DNA of 64,000 nucleotides from the human T2T-CHM13v2.0 reference genome, Homo sapiens. Below are positions 33,300 to 49,839 of the stretch, piece after piece. The stretch lies in assembly GCF_009914755.1 (NCBI RefSeq), contig NC_060936.1; one strand, 5' to 3'. Made by a program: the position numbers and the translations under genes. Within the stretch, counting starts at the first letter, position 1, and each line of letters opens with the position of its first letter. A model generated the notes under the pieces. The model was not told the origin of the DNA, searched no databases, and saw only the letters and a program-made list of their open reading frames with translations.

Positions 33300-34258
33300 G
33301 CCCTGGCTAGGTTCTGTGTGGATTGGGGAATGTGAATCCTGATGGAGCAGCCTAAAGAAGTCAAGCAGTCCTGTAGCAGCAGCCGTGGGGGAGGTTCCTC
33401 CTGGGAGTGGAGGAGGGCGAGTGCTGCAGGTCCATCAGTGGAAATGGGAATGGACCATTAGGCGGAGAAGACTTATCGAAGCTGCGAAGTCCAAGATCAA
33501 GGTGCCAGCAGATTCTGTTCCTGGTGAAGGCTATCTTCCTGTTTTGCAGGTGGCTACCTTCTCGCTGTGTCCTCATATGGTGGAGAGTGAGACTTCATCT
33601 AAAAAGAAAAAAAAAAAACCCACTCCGGACATAGTGACTGTAGCTGGGTCTTGGACTGCAAGAAGACCATCCTGGTGAGAAGATCTTGACCACAGGTGAT
33701 ATTCACCTTGGATAAAAAACATTCTGATAATTCAGAATGTTTGTGCAAATAAGATTTCTAACCCAGTTCTATGGAGGTATAATTTATATATGGTAAAATT
33801 CACCTCTTTAGGTATTCAGTTTATGAATTTTGAGAAATGCAATCACCAGCCACTACAGTGAAGATTCAGAACATTTCCATCACCCCAGAAAGCCTCCTAG
33901 TGACCCTTTGGAGTCAGTCCCCTCCCCTCAGCCTGAGCTCCTGGTGACCAGTGATCTGATTTCTATCCATGTACTTCTCCCTTTTCCAGAGCATCACCTG
34001 AGTGGAACCGCACAGTATTCCACCACAGTATTTTGCATCCGACTTCTTTTCCTTGGCATGTGCTTTTGAGATTCATCCTTTGCTGTTATATTATCAGTGG
34101 TTTGTTCCTTTTTGTGGAGAGTATTTTATTGTTTGGATATACCACAGTGTGTTTATTAGTTTACCGCCAGTAGATGGACATTTGTATTGTTTCCTGTTTC
34201 TGGCTGTTAGGAATAAAGTTAATATAAATATCAAAAAAAAAAAAAAACCCAATAAAAC
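33300..34258 (+). pseudogene. Processed retrocopy of a probable spliced non-coding transcript (unique 5' segment + antisense MLT1A + Alu 3' tip + unique segment + antisense L1M)
   Basis: AATAAA at 34212-34217, poly(A) at 34233-34247, 14-bp TSD AAGAAGCTAG(G/A)AAG at 33286-33299 and 34259-34272. TE pieces start at AG acceptor positions. Confidence 0.7.
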
Positions 34259-35148
34259 AAGAAGCTAGAAAGTTGCTAGTTTTCAGTAGAGGGGGACAGG
34301 CTGCTGTAGAAGCTCAGGACTGCTCTGCTTTTGGCACCCAAAGGTGAGAGTGTTTTGCTGAAGGCAGCAGCTGTGAGGAGTGACAACTCCACCAAAGTCA
34401 AGGAAGCAGGTGTAGAACAGGCAGGTCATAGGTGGCAATCTGTGGTCCTAAAATACCCTGGAAAAGACCGGGAGCCCTTACAGGATTGAGAAACCAAGAG
34501 AAAATGTGGGGCAAAAAAATTCCTCAGGTTTCATTCACAGTCATCCCCACAGCCATCTTAAGTCATCAAGAAAGATTCGGAAAAGCTCCGAGAATCAGCA
34601 GATGGGGGCTAGTGCAAAATAATACTTTTTGTCTTAATTATTAGTAATCTCAATCCCTCACTCAATTCTTAGGTTGATGCCTGGGAGGTAATATTTACTA
34701 CCTTGCATTTCCATAAATGGTGACCTTTTTTATATGGATGTTGGACACCAGGGAATGCTCTTAAGTTAACTGCATTTCATCAGATCCCCCTACTATTTAA
34801 ATTGATCTTATTTCTATCATTTCACCTCAAGATTTATTGTTCTTATCTTACATTCTAAAGAACTGAGGGCTGTCTTTGAAGTGGATATGAAAAGTTTCAC
34901 CTCAGTCTACCAATATATCATTGAAAGTTTAAAATAACAAATACAAGAACAAAAATACTCTCCACTTGTCCAAGCATCCCAGGAGGTCTCTGTATTGTTT
35001 AAATTACTTCTGAGTTTAAATTGCAATTGCTCTAGTAAATTAGCTAACATCTGCTGTCTGCCTGATGATGAAGACCACCCTACTAGAAACCAAATACACT
35101 CTTTGCTTGAGTCATTTATTTACTATCCAGGACAACACTGACTCACAG

Positions 35149-36642
<1,494 letters not shown>

Positions 36643-36997
36643 TCTAGGAGAATATGTAGCATAAATCATTTCTAATCTACACTTTATTTTTTTTTCTTAT
36701 GCAAAACCTATTTTTGTCAGTACTTTTTCCATGGTTGCAGAAAATCAGCATAAACAGTGTTACATTTTAGCAGCTACCAGCAATTAGTAACGTAATGGAG
36801 TCTGTAATACTTTAGTTTTATATTCTTGAAGGTTTCAGAGCATGAGAAAAAGACCAGTCCTTTCCCAAATTTCTTCGTACTTTGGTCCTGAAAAAGCTAT
36901 TACTAATAGTTCTGCAAAGTGAAAAAAAGTAAATCTCAATTTAAAAATTACACGTGGTTTTAAAAACAAATAAATACAAAACGAGACTATATCAAAA

Positions 36998-37290
36998 AGC
37001 CAGGCACGGTGGCTCAAACCTGTAATCCCAGCACTTTGGGAGGCTGAGGTGGGTGGATCATGAGGTCAGTTGTTCAAGACCAGCCTGGCCAACATGGTGA
37101 AACCCCATCTCTACTAAAGATACAAAAATTAGCTGGGTGTGGTCATAGGCACCTGTAATCCCAGCTACTCAGGAGGCTGAGGCAGAGAATTGCTTGAACG
37201 TGGGAGGCAGAGACTGCAGTGAGCCGGGTTGTGTCACTGCACTCCAGCCTGGGCGACAGAGCGACAGAGTGAGACTCCTTCTCAAAAAAA
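36998..37290 (+). mobile_element. AluS
   Basis: Dimer with TSD AGACTA(T/A)ATCAAA. Confidence 0.93.
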
Positions 37291-38907
37291 GAAAGACTAA
37301 ATCAAAGTAAGAATTCACTTTGTACTTTGCTGGAATTTTCTATTCTGTAGTCAATGGTGGTTTCTAGTAGTGCAGGGTAGGGAAACTCCAGAGCCCAACT
37401 AAAATAACCACATGTTCTGAAGTTAATTAAAAGTATAAATTAGTGTTATAAATAGCAAGATGTCCCATTCAATGGTTTTAATTATTTTACTTCTTTGAAA
37501 CAACAAATGGATTTGATTAAAGAATAATTTGATATTAAAATGTAATTAAAGGCATGTGTTTGAGCACTTCCATTATTTCTCCAAAAATATAAAGATGTGC
37601 CCTTTATCCCTTTGTATATATATTTTGGCTGCATTTAAAATTTACACAAGTGTTCAATACCTAAAATCTAAAAGTAGGATTAGATGTAAAATTCCCACAT
37701 GATTGTTATTTTATTTTTCCCACCACCATATCAGACATGAAAGATGAATTGCGAATCTTCTTCCTACTTTTCTTTCATGCTCTGCTCTGCTCTGAATGAA
37801 GACTCATGCTGTAGCAGTTAAATGAAAATAAGATCTTTTTTCCTTTGGCTTATCGTTACTAACAAAGGATTTTTTTTTGGGGGGGGGGGTGGTAATAATT
37901 CCTGGTAAAGGAGAAGAAAAAAACTCATCATTAACAGGCCCAGCAGACTTTATGGTGATATCAATTAAATTTTTGATAAATGAATGACTCTCTGAGTAAA
38001 TGAATGGATATGGCCATGACATAGGATGTAACAAATACTCAGGAACCTGGTATTAGAATCAATGCCCAGTTCTGAGAAGGCTCTGAGTGTCATCCATAGT
38101 CCTTATGCAGTCTTCCACGTGTGATTACTCCATGATGACTATTCTCTGGAAGCTTATATAAAAATAAATCTGCAGAAGGTTAGGGATGTTTGGGGCTGTT
38201 AGTACAATTCTTCAAAGGAGCTGAAGGTCTGATCAGATCTGTACAACTTTGCACATCTTGCATCCTGCCACTTCCCCAAATCTCTGCTGTTTAGTTCAGC
38301 TATTACTGCAACTATTCACTTAAAAAACGAACTGTCAAGAAAACAAGTTGTGGCTCTACTGAAGCCTAAAGCCAACCACACTGTGTTGCTTCTAGCCCTG
38401 TTTTGTGTTCTGATTCTATGCCAGGGGTTTAACTTACAGTTCACGGACTCCTACTTGGATCATGGCTTTGGGAAGTCTATGAACTTCCGGAAATAGCATG
38501 AGTCTTCTTTTTTTCTTTTTCATTTTTATACCAAGGGCTTTCAGTGGATTCTTGCAGAACCAAGAACCACTGCGCAAAGCACACGTGCACACTGGGAACT
38601 GAGAAGCAACACTGTCATAATCAGTCAACTGAGAAGAGCCCACTGATGCCTGACTGCCAAGGACCCTGCTAAGCTGCTTTGCGTCAAGAGAACAGACAAT
38701 CCTGGCTTGGCACATTACATTTCAGCAATGGGGTGTCCTTTGGACTAGCGGCTTCCATTCAGTCCACACACAACTGTAAACCACACTGGGCTTTACGGAT
38801 CAGAATTTTTAACTATAGAGAAAAGATCGTGCACGGGGGTAGTATATCAAATTGCTGTGCCCGGGTCTTCTACACCACACCTATACAGGGGTGGTGATTG
38901 AAGTTAA

Positions 38908-39255
<348 letters not shown>

Positions 39256-39402
39256 TGACCGTGAGGTAATTGCCATGTCATACCATGGAAATAGCTGCAT
39301 GAGGGATGGCTGAGGATATTCATCTCTACAAATCATTTTCAAAGTTTATCTAGGTTATTGAACCAAAAAACCATGGGAAAAAAACAATGGTATGTATTCT
39401 TT

Positions 39403-39424
39403 CACACTTGATCTTAGAAGCCAT
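39403..39424 (-). pseudogene. Tailless U2 snRNA 5'-fragment retropseudogene with internal deletion
   Basis: Reverse complement ATGGCTTCT-AAGATCAAGTGTG matches U2 nt 1-9 plus 23-35. TSD GGTATGTATTCTTT at 39389-39402 and 39425-39438. Confidence 0.75.
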
Positions 39425-39574
39425 GGTATGTATTCTTTTATTCCAAATACTTATCAAGCTCATCTAATAAGAGCAATTTATCTCCCTGAGAAACTTTGTG
39501 CTTCTGCCTTGGCCCATGTTAATGAGCCATGTTTGGCTCATGGTGGCTCATTCCCATAATTCCAGCCCACCTTA

Positions 39575-40900
39575 ATGTACTAAAGGACAAAATCACACGA
39601 TTTTCTCTTATATATGAGAATCAATTGTGAACTTTTGAAAAAGGTGTTTACAAAGCCAGTAATAGATAAAAAGTTTTTTAAGTTGCCAAAAATCAGCAGC
39701 AAATTTAACATTTCTTGGGTAAATATTAGAAGCATTTCCTTTAAGGTTGAGAATGAGCTAGGATGCCTCTTGTTTTTTTGTTCTGTCTTAAAAATTGTTT
39801 TGAGACAGTCCTGCTTCAGCCCCACAAAGTATTTTGGGATTACAGGCATGAGCCAGCATGCCCGGCCTCTATGAGGCCTTTTAAATTACCTTTTCTTCCA
39901 TGTAATATTGGGAATTTTGATCAAGAGACATAAGTAAGCAAAAAGATCAGAAGAAAGAGAGTCAGGAGACTCAGCTGTCATTATTTACAGATGATATAAA
40001 TATTCACAGAAAACTCACAAGAGAATTGGCAGAATCTGTTTAGAATTGTGAATAGAGTTCAGCAGAGTTCCAGAGGCCTTTCTGAGCTCTATTAACCTAG
40101 GAATTAACCTAACAAAAATGCCCAGCTTCTCTTGAAGAAATCTTTAAAATTCTACGAAAGCTGTATTTTTCCAACTTTAACGTACCTCCAGATAACCTGG
40201 GGATGTTTAAAAAGCAGATTCTGATTCGGTAGCTCGGGGGTGGGGCGGAGCCTGCGTTGACATTTCAAAGCCTGTCAGGTGATGCAGCAGGCCCTGTACA
40301 ACACTTTGGGTTGATGGTCCTGATGCACTTAAAGAATACATGCAGACAGAAGGCATGCTCATGTGGGGACTCTTTACCATTGCAAAGACTCTCATTCTCT
40401 CCAAACTAGTCTATGATTTTTAATACCATTCTCACCAAAATCCCAGTAAAATTTGGGGGTCAGAGGTACTTACTTAATTTACATGAAAAAGGTCAACTTT
40501 CAGAAAAAAAAGTGGGGAAAATGGAGAATTTGGCTACCATATATTAAGACATGTAACAAAACCAGGGTAATTAAAAAACACCACCACCAATTTGATAATG
40601 CCCAGGAACAGACAATAAAACAATGGAACAGAATATAGAAACAACCCAGAAACAGACCACATGATATTGATTTATGAAAGAGATGGCATCAAAACTTTGT
40701 GGCTCATGCCTGTAACCCCAGCATTTTGAGAGGCCAAGGAGGGAGGATTGCTTGAGGCCAGAAGTTCGAGACAAGCCTGTGCAATATAGTGAGACCCCAT
40801 CTCCATTATTAATAATAAAAAAAAAAACCTTGGTGAAACAAAAAATACATTGATAAATGGTATGCACAAAACTGGCTTACTAGATGGAGAGGATAAAAAA
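39575..40900 (+). mobile_element. Highly diverged L1ME-type ORF2 fragments, interrupted by an Alu remnant, MER5A and a FLAM (40698-40828)
   Basis: CTGTCATTATTTACAGATGATAT (LSLFTDD, RT motif) and AAACAATGGAACAGAATATAGAA. Confidence 0.7.
40165..40320. mobile_element. MER5A-type hAT MITE
   Basis: AAAGCAGATTCTGATTCGGTAG..GGGGTGGGGC...CAGGTGATGC...CACTTTG. Confidence 0.7.
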
Positions 40901-40910
40901 TTCTCTCTCT

Positions 40911-40911
<1 letters not shown>

Positions 40912-40952
<41 letters not shown>
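40912..40952. repeat. (CA)~20 microsatellite
   Basis: Pure dinucleotide run. Confidence 0.97.
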
Positions 40953-40954
<2 letters not shown>

Positions 40955-41013
40955 CTAAGCTAAATACCTGAAGTTGTTTATGCTTCTGGTAGAGATTGGT
41001 CTTGGGCTTCTGA

Positions 41014-41354
<341 letters not shown>

Positions 41355-42046
41355 AAGACACACTCTTTCAAGCAAGCTTCCTGCATCAGCACATGGGATC
41401 CACTACTTAACTCCTTCAGTTAGTCACTCTTGGCCTTGCCATTCATGGAAATTCCTCTGAGATTCTCACAACAAGCCAGTTCTCATACATTGTCTCAGTA
41501 TATGGTATTGTGAATTGAGTTTTATGATTTCTTTTTTTTGGTCTTCATTAGTATTTTATTGCAAACTTGGAAAAAGGCACGTGAGGAGCTGATAATCTTA
41601 TCCAGGTTTAACTACACTCAACTTTTTGATTATTGAAGCCAATGCATTAAAGGTTTTCTCTAACTCTGTGTTGTTCACAAATTTTATTTTCATATCCTTG
41701 TTTTCATTCAAGTTCATAATGACTATTTGAATAGGTCAGAGTCATAGACAAAGCTCTCAGACAAATAATTAAGAGCTTTCCCACAAAGCTGGTATAGACC
41801 TACTGGTTGACCCTACGTGGGGATAAGGCACTTCCTGATTCTTTCCCTTTGTATCCCTCCTCTCTATAGCTTAGGCCACCTGACTTCTCTCTATGGGCGT
41901 GGTCTCCCCCATTTGTCTAGGGATAATACTCAGAATTTGAAGGTCTCCAGACCAAAAATCTAGAACTCAGCACAGGATTGTGATTCCTCCTTGTACAGTG
42001 CTGGCCCTTAGGGCTAACAGCCGAGCTTCTGCCATGCATGTGACCC

Positions 42047-42404
<358 letters not shown>

Positions 42405-42764
42405 AATGCTTTCTGAAATTACCGTTTCAATAAACTGCTTTTTATCCCCATTATTCTCTAACTGGAGTACCTTTATATTTTTTTAAAAACATGTTTAAAC
42501 TTGGGATCTTTTCATCCATTTTGCATATATCCTCATGCAGAGACTTCTCCCCACCCATACCCCAATACTAAAATTACAAGCCTGTGGCCTGTCCATCTTT
42601 CTGTGGTGCCCATTCTTGCCTGCCGAGGACTACCATTTGCTCCTGACTCAAGTACACTGCCCACTTATTAGTGTGCCCACCATTCCCATTAGACACTTGC
42701 CAACCTCCCCCATCCTCTTTGTTTGCCTGAACCATGTATCTGTTTGTTACCTGTCACAGTATCT

Positions 42765-44264
42765 TTATTTTTTAAAATTTATTTTAATTGTAAATTGACA
42801 GATTATAGTTGTATATATTTATGAGATTGTTGTGGCTCAGAAAACAATATCCCAAAGTGAAGGCCTCAGAGGTAGCCTCAGAAGCAAGTTCTCTCTGACC
42901 TTCTCCTTCCCTCCTGTCTCTGGCCCATCAGTCTCCCCCGAGGCTAGCCATAAAAACTATAATCCTTCTTCCCCAAGGTGTGTTATAGAAACTAGAACTC
43001 CTGTTCCTCAAAGCCAGCCATAAAACCTAAAAACATTACTCTAACCTCCTGCCACTCCCCGACCTTCCTGTGTAAGACCTGGCCATAAAGAAATCTCTGA
43101 CTTACATTGTTTAACGATAGGTCATAAGACACTCATTCCAAAAAGGGTTCTGCCTCATACCTGGAAGGAAGACAGCTGCACAGAGAGGCCAGGAAGAACC
43201 TTAACAGACAGGCCTTGCTGGGATTCCCCACTCGGTCTATTTCCATAAGATTATACCTTTTCTGTCCAAACACAGTTCTACACTGCGGTCCATTCTTCAT
43301 GGAACCTAAGTATAAAAATGGATGGTTTTACCTGTATCTTTGGGTCTTCATTCTAAAGGCTCCCATGTCATATAAAACTATGATTAAATAAATTTGTATG
43401 CTTTTCTCTTGTTAACCTGTCCTTTTTTATAGGAGTGTCAGCTTGGACCCTCAGGATGGGGAGAAAAGGGATCACCCCCTTTCTATCCCTATGAGGTACA
43501 AAGTGATGTTATGGTTCTCTTTTTCTTTTTTTTTTTTTGAGACAGGATCTGGCTTTGTCACCCAGGCTAGAGTGCAGTGGCACAATCTCGGCTCAGTGCA
43601 ACCTCTGTCTCCCGTGCTGAAGCAATCCTCCCACCTCTGCCTCCCGAGTAGCTGAGACTACAGGTGCACGCCACCAAGCCCAGCTAGCTTTTGTAATTTT
43701 GGTAGAGACAGGGTTTTGCCATGTTGCCCAGGCTGGTCTTGAACTCCTGGGCTCAAAGCGATCTACCGCCTTGACCTCCCAAAGTGCTGGGATTATAGAC
43801 GTGAGCCACCAGGCCCAGCCCATGATGTTATGACTTATGAATACAATGCGGAGTAATTAAATCAAGCTAAATAACATATACATCACCTCAAATACTTTTT
43901 TTTTGTGGTGAAGACATTGGAAATTTACTGTCTTAGCAATTTTGAAAAGTACTATACACGATTATTAACTACCTTCACCACGCAGTGCAATTTATCTCAA
44001 AACCAAACCAAAACACAACCTTGCTCCTCCTGTCTAACTGAGGCTGTATACTTTGACCATCAACTCCTCATTCCCCCAGCCCCCAGCCTCTGGTAACCAC
44101 CATTCTACTCTCTGTTTCTATGAGTTTGATTGTTTTAGATTCCAAATATAAGTGAAGACATACAGTATTTGTCTTTCTGTGCCTGGCTTATTGCACTTAG
44201 CATAATGTTCCCTAAGTCCATCTCTGTTTTGCAAATGACAGAATTTCTTTCTTTTTCAAGGCTG
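42765..44264 (-). mobile_element. L1MA (MA7/8-like) 3' end, split by an LTR and an Alu (43517-43820, -)
   Basis: AATTGTAAATTGACA...ATCAAGCTAAATAACATA...CTGGTAACCACCATTCTACTCTCTG; Alu TSD TGATGTTATG. Confidence 0.85.
42828..43493 (+). mobile_element. ERV1 solo LTR, MER39 family
   Basis: TGTTGTGGCTCAGAAAACAATATCCCAAAGTGAAGGCCTCAGA start; ATTAAATAAATTTGTATGCTTTTCTCTTGTTAA near the end. Confidence 0.8.
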
Positions 44265-44387
44265 TCACTGTACCTTTAAAATGCCATGATCTGTTAACCA
44301 GTCTTGTCTTCCTCAGCATCTTGTCTTTCTTCAGCACTACATCATCTCCTCAATATTTTTCCATCCAATATTGGCCAAAATATTATA

Positions 44388-44520
44388 AGCAATTTTATCA
44401 AATGCTTGCTGAAATCCAATATGTGATGGTGGTGACTTCCTCCGGCATGTAATCTACTAATCCTATCAAAAAAGGAATGTTTAGCTTGGCACGCTTGGTC
44501 TCAGTGAATCCGAAGTAGTT
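44388..44520 (-). mobile_element. L3/CR1 reverse-transcriptase relic
   Basis: TTATCAAATGCTT-GCTGAAATCCAA is the reverse complement of LDFSKAFD with a 1-nt deletion. Confidence 0.65.
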
Positions 44521-44689
44521 ACCACTGTTTACCTCTCCTTTCTTTAAATGCTTGCATGTCAAATATTGTTCCATTCTCTGGAATGACTTTTACCTGTGAA
44601 TGGAATCTTGAATGTCATTCTACAGTAAAATTCTCAACCAAAAAAAAAAAACAAAAAAAGCCACTGATTTCTAGTCATCAATCTATAAA

Positions 44690-45400
44690 CACTAAAGACA
44701 TTTTACTAGTTCACATAGCAAAAAAATTCTGAGGTAGGGTGGTTTCAGGTTGGTTGATTCAGCGTCTCAATAATATTATCAAAGACTCAGATTCTGGCCA
44801 GGCACAATGGCTCATGCCTATAATCCCAGAGCTTTGGGAGGCCTAGGTGGATAGATCATTTGAGCCCAGGAAGTTGAGACCAGCCTGGGCAACATAGTGA
44901 AACCCTGTCTGTATAAAAAATACAAAAATTAGCCGGGCATGGTGGCATGAGCCTGTAGTCCCAGCTATTCAGGAGGCCAAGGTGGGAGGATCACTTGGGC
45001 CTGGCAGGCAGAGGTTGCAATGAGTGGAGATTGTGGCACTGTACTCCAGCCTGGGTGACAGAGGGAGACCCTGTCTCAAAAAAAAAAAAAAAAAGACCCA
45101 TATTTTTTCCATATCTGTGCTCTGCCACCATCATTATGATGGCCTTATCTTTGGCTGGTTCTCTTCATGGAGGCAAGGGAGCTATGGCAGCTATGACCTG
45201 CTTTTCTACAGGTCTTCTTTTAGGAGCAAGAAAAGCATCTAGGAGCTCCCCTTGCCTGACCTGCCACGGTTTTATTTCACAGAACTGGGTCACTTTCCCC
45301 CTCCAAACCAGTCACTGGCAAGCTGAGACAGATCAGAATTTAATCCCGAGACATACAGGGAAGAGATGGGTAAACCCTTGAAATTGGCTGTTTACCAACA
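44690..45400 (-). mobile_element. Old MLT1 (K/L-type) split by an AluJ (44796-45094, +)
   Basis: CAGGTTGGTTGATTCAGC..CTCAAT..ATCAAAGAC and CAGAACTGGGTCAC...AAACCAGTCACTGGCAAG. Confidence 0.65.
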
Positions 45401-45893
45401 AGAGAAAGTCGACAAATGCTCTGGGCTAGGAAACCCTACTGTCTGGTCCAGACTGGAGGAATTACTGTCTAATTTGGAGAGTGGTCATATTTGAAGACGG
45501 TTACTGATGAAGACCTATTAAAATAACATGGACTTTTTATCTATTCAAAACAGCTTAAAACAGGACTGTGTCCAGAACAAAGGGGTAGATTAAGTTATCT
45601 CTAAAATTCCCGGCCAACTGTTTAATGCTGTGATTCTGTTCTCATTGTTTTCACTGTGGAAACTGCTTGCAATTTGGAAGAGTGCGTGTCAGCAATGTTT
45701 GTGCTGCCAGCAAAAGTGAATAGTTGCTGATCTGTGTGCATTTCCCCAAATAGCACATTTGTGGAAAACTGAGTCATGGGGATTCTAGGTACTGTGAATC
45801 CATCATCTGCACAATTTTCTGAATGCCTTACATCTTAGACACTGGCGGCTTCCCTGTAAATAAACAAATTGTAATGAGACAGTTGACACATAA

Positions 45894-46264
<371 letters not shown>

Positions 46265-46739
46265 TTGTTCCTTTTTATTTATTTTGCCCTGAAAGCAGAT
46301 GATGGTGTTAAATAAAGCAACAAATTAAATGTGGATGTTAGTGCTGCAATGGAGGAAAACTTGCAGAAAAATTGACCTGACTTATTTAATCAAGTGCAGA
46401 GACATTACTGTGCTACCTGGGGAGCTATTCAAATACAATACAATCTATATGCCTTCCACCTGAGCAACCAAGTTCTTACAGCGCTAACTAGAGAAGGTGC
46501 AGGGGAGGGGGGGAGGACTGGATAAAGTTATTTTTGTGGCAGTTAAGCTTCGATTACTTGTAGATCCATAAATCATCAGCCAAGGTTCTCTTTTCTCCAG
46601 CAGTGAGCACAGGGAGGAGGAGGTGCATGCAAGCGATACTGCAGGGCCAGAATCAGAATCATCAGCACGTAGCAACTGATTGGATTTCTGGAGCAAGAAA
46701 GAAGAGTTGAAGATAATGTTGAACTTTCTCATTGGGAGA

Positions 46740-47885
<1,146 letters not shown>

Positions 47886-48297
47886 CTCTTTAGCCAAACT
47901 AATGTTTTTGTCTTTCTTACTTTTGACCCATTTTATTCCACCTTTCTGAGGTATTTTCAGCATTTTCATTAAGCTAATGAATACAACAATTATTTAAGCA
48001 GCTAATCCTTAAATATGCTTCTATAAAATGTCCTTTTAGTTTCATTTTCTCCTTATCACTCCCCAAACCCACCAGACCTACACTTCATATTTTCCCAAAC
48101 GTGTATACACAAGGCATTCACCTGCTTTTATATGATGTCCTTTCCTGTTCATCTCAACCTGGTAAGGTTAAGAAGGAAAATGATTTTACATATCAGAGGG
48201 GAGAGTGCTACAAAAGAATATGAGACACAGACAATTTTGTAAAAAAAAAAAAAAACAACTTTGTATGAGATACCTTATGTACATACACAGAACAGTT

Positions 48298-48535
<238 letters not shown>

Positions 48536-48949
48536 CTAAGTGTTCTAAAGAAAAATAAAAGCAACAGTCCATGGAAGAGGTAGACCTTAAGGATGAGTGG
48601 GATTTGATGGGAAAAGGGTGGAAGCTAGAGTGAAGACAGAAATCAACATCTCATTACTGACAGCTATTTATCAAGCACCTCCATGTGTTTGGCCATTAAA
48701 TTAAAGTTTTGAGGATAGAGATGGAAAAGCTGCTTGCTGTCTTTCTCCCAAATACTCTGTGTTTGGGAAAGGCTTAAACAGATAGCAAAATACACAGTGA
48801 CACAAAGAGGCACACAATACACCGAGCAAGAGTTTCAGGCATTCTGAAAATGCAGGGGACATATCCCAGTAAGAATGGTAAGCCCTGGGACAGAGGGTGA
48901 GCGGTTTACATGGATCAAAGGGCTCGCTCATGATAACAACAGCCTTCTC

Positions 48950-49370
48950 TAAGCCAGGCACTGAATACTGTGGATACAAAGAGCCCAGAGTCATCAAGAG
49001 GAACCAGGAACTCTAACATGATGTGTGGAGCAGGCTATGCAAAGAGGGGTACCTCTCCCAGTCAGAGGCATCAGAGAAGGCTTCCTGGTGGAGGTGAGTA
49101 GGAATCACGTGCAATCGTGCAGGCGAGGCGGGGAGAGGACACTTCTGAGCAAAGAAACTGGTTAGAAAATGTACTGGTGTGTAGGGAGAAAGAGGGCCTC
49201 CAGGTCACTCAGGGTTGCTATGAGAGCACGAAGTTTAAGGCCAGGAGCAGTGAGATGACATGGAAGAGAGAGGTGGTGACTGGCTGCCTTAGGGAGCCTG
49301 GGCTTGATATTGAGCCAGGAAAATGTTTTAAGCATCCTTTAGGTTAGGGAGCTGTATGAATTAGATTCAG
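48950..49370 (-). mobile_element. L2 fragment
   Basis: GGCATCAGAGAAGGCTTCCTGGTGGAGGTGA motif. Confidence 0.65.
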
Positions 49371-49839
49371 GTTGAGCCAAGGTTTTAGCAAGCTTCAAAT
49401 GCCAAACTGAGCAAATCTTCCCTCACTGTGAGTTTGCTGTGATCACTGTTCTTATGGTTCAGAGAATAACTGTGCTGTAGATATTAGGCTCAATTCAAAG
49501 TGGAGCTGCTGAAAAATTTATTAGTGCTGGAGTGCATAGGATGCTGTTCATGCATGACTAGCATTTCAAAGGGCTGTAGATTAAAAGTGAGAGGTCTCTG
49601 AAGTCCAATTTCAAAACCCAGAGCCTCTCCGCCACTTATCTCCTACTTCGCACCAATCCTGGAATGAGTCTATAGACCACTGTAACTTCTCCTTCTCAAC
49701 TTCCACATCTTTTCTTCTCTTTCTATTAGCAACCTTTATATTCCCTTTGGGTGTTTTCTTTTTCTTTCTTTTACCACTTATGATGCCCACATGGTCATAC
49801 TATGGGAAATGCAGAGCTGAATCCCATTAGAGTCCATTG

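Noticed and set aside
33385-33678. 97-aa ORF inside the proposed retrocopy
   Set aside because: Non-ATG start, and it runs through antisense MLT1 and an Alu A-tract (poly-K). No sign of a real protein.
41528-41700. Second possible minus-strand polyadenylated end (T8 at 41532-41539, TTTATT at 41555-41560)
   Set aside because: The tail is only 8 nt in AT-rich DNA and no TSD was found; compatible with chance.
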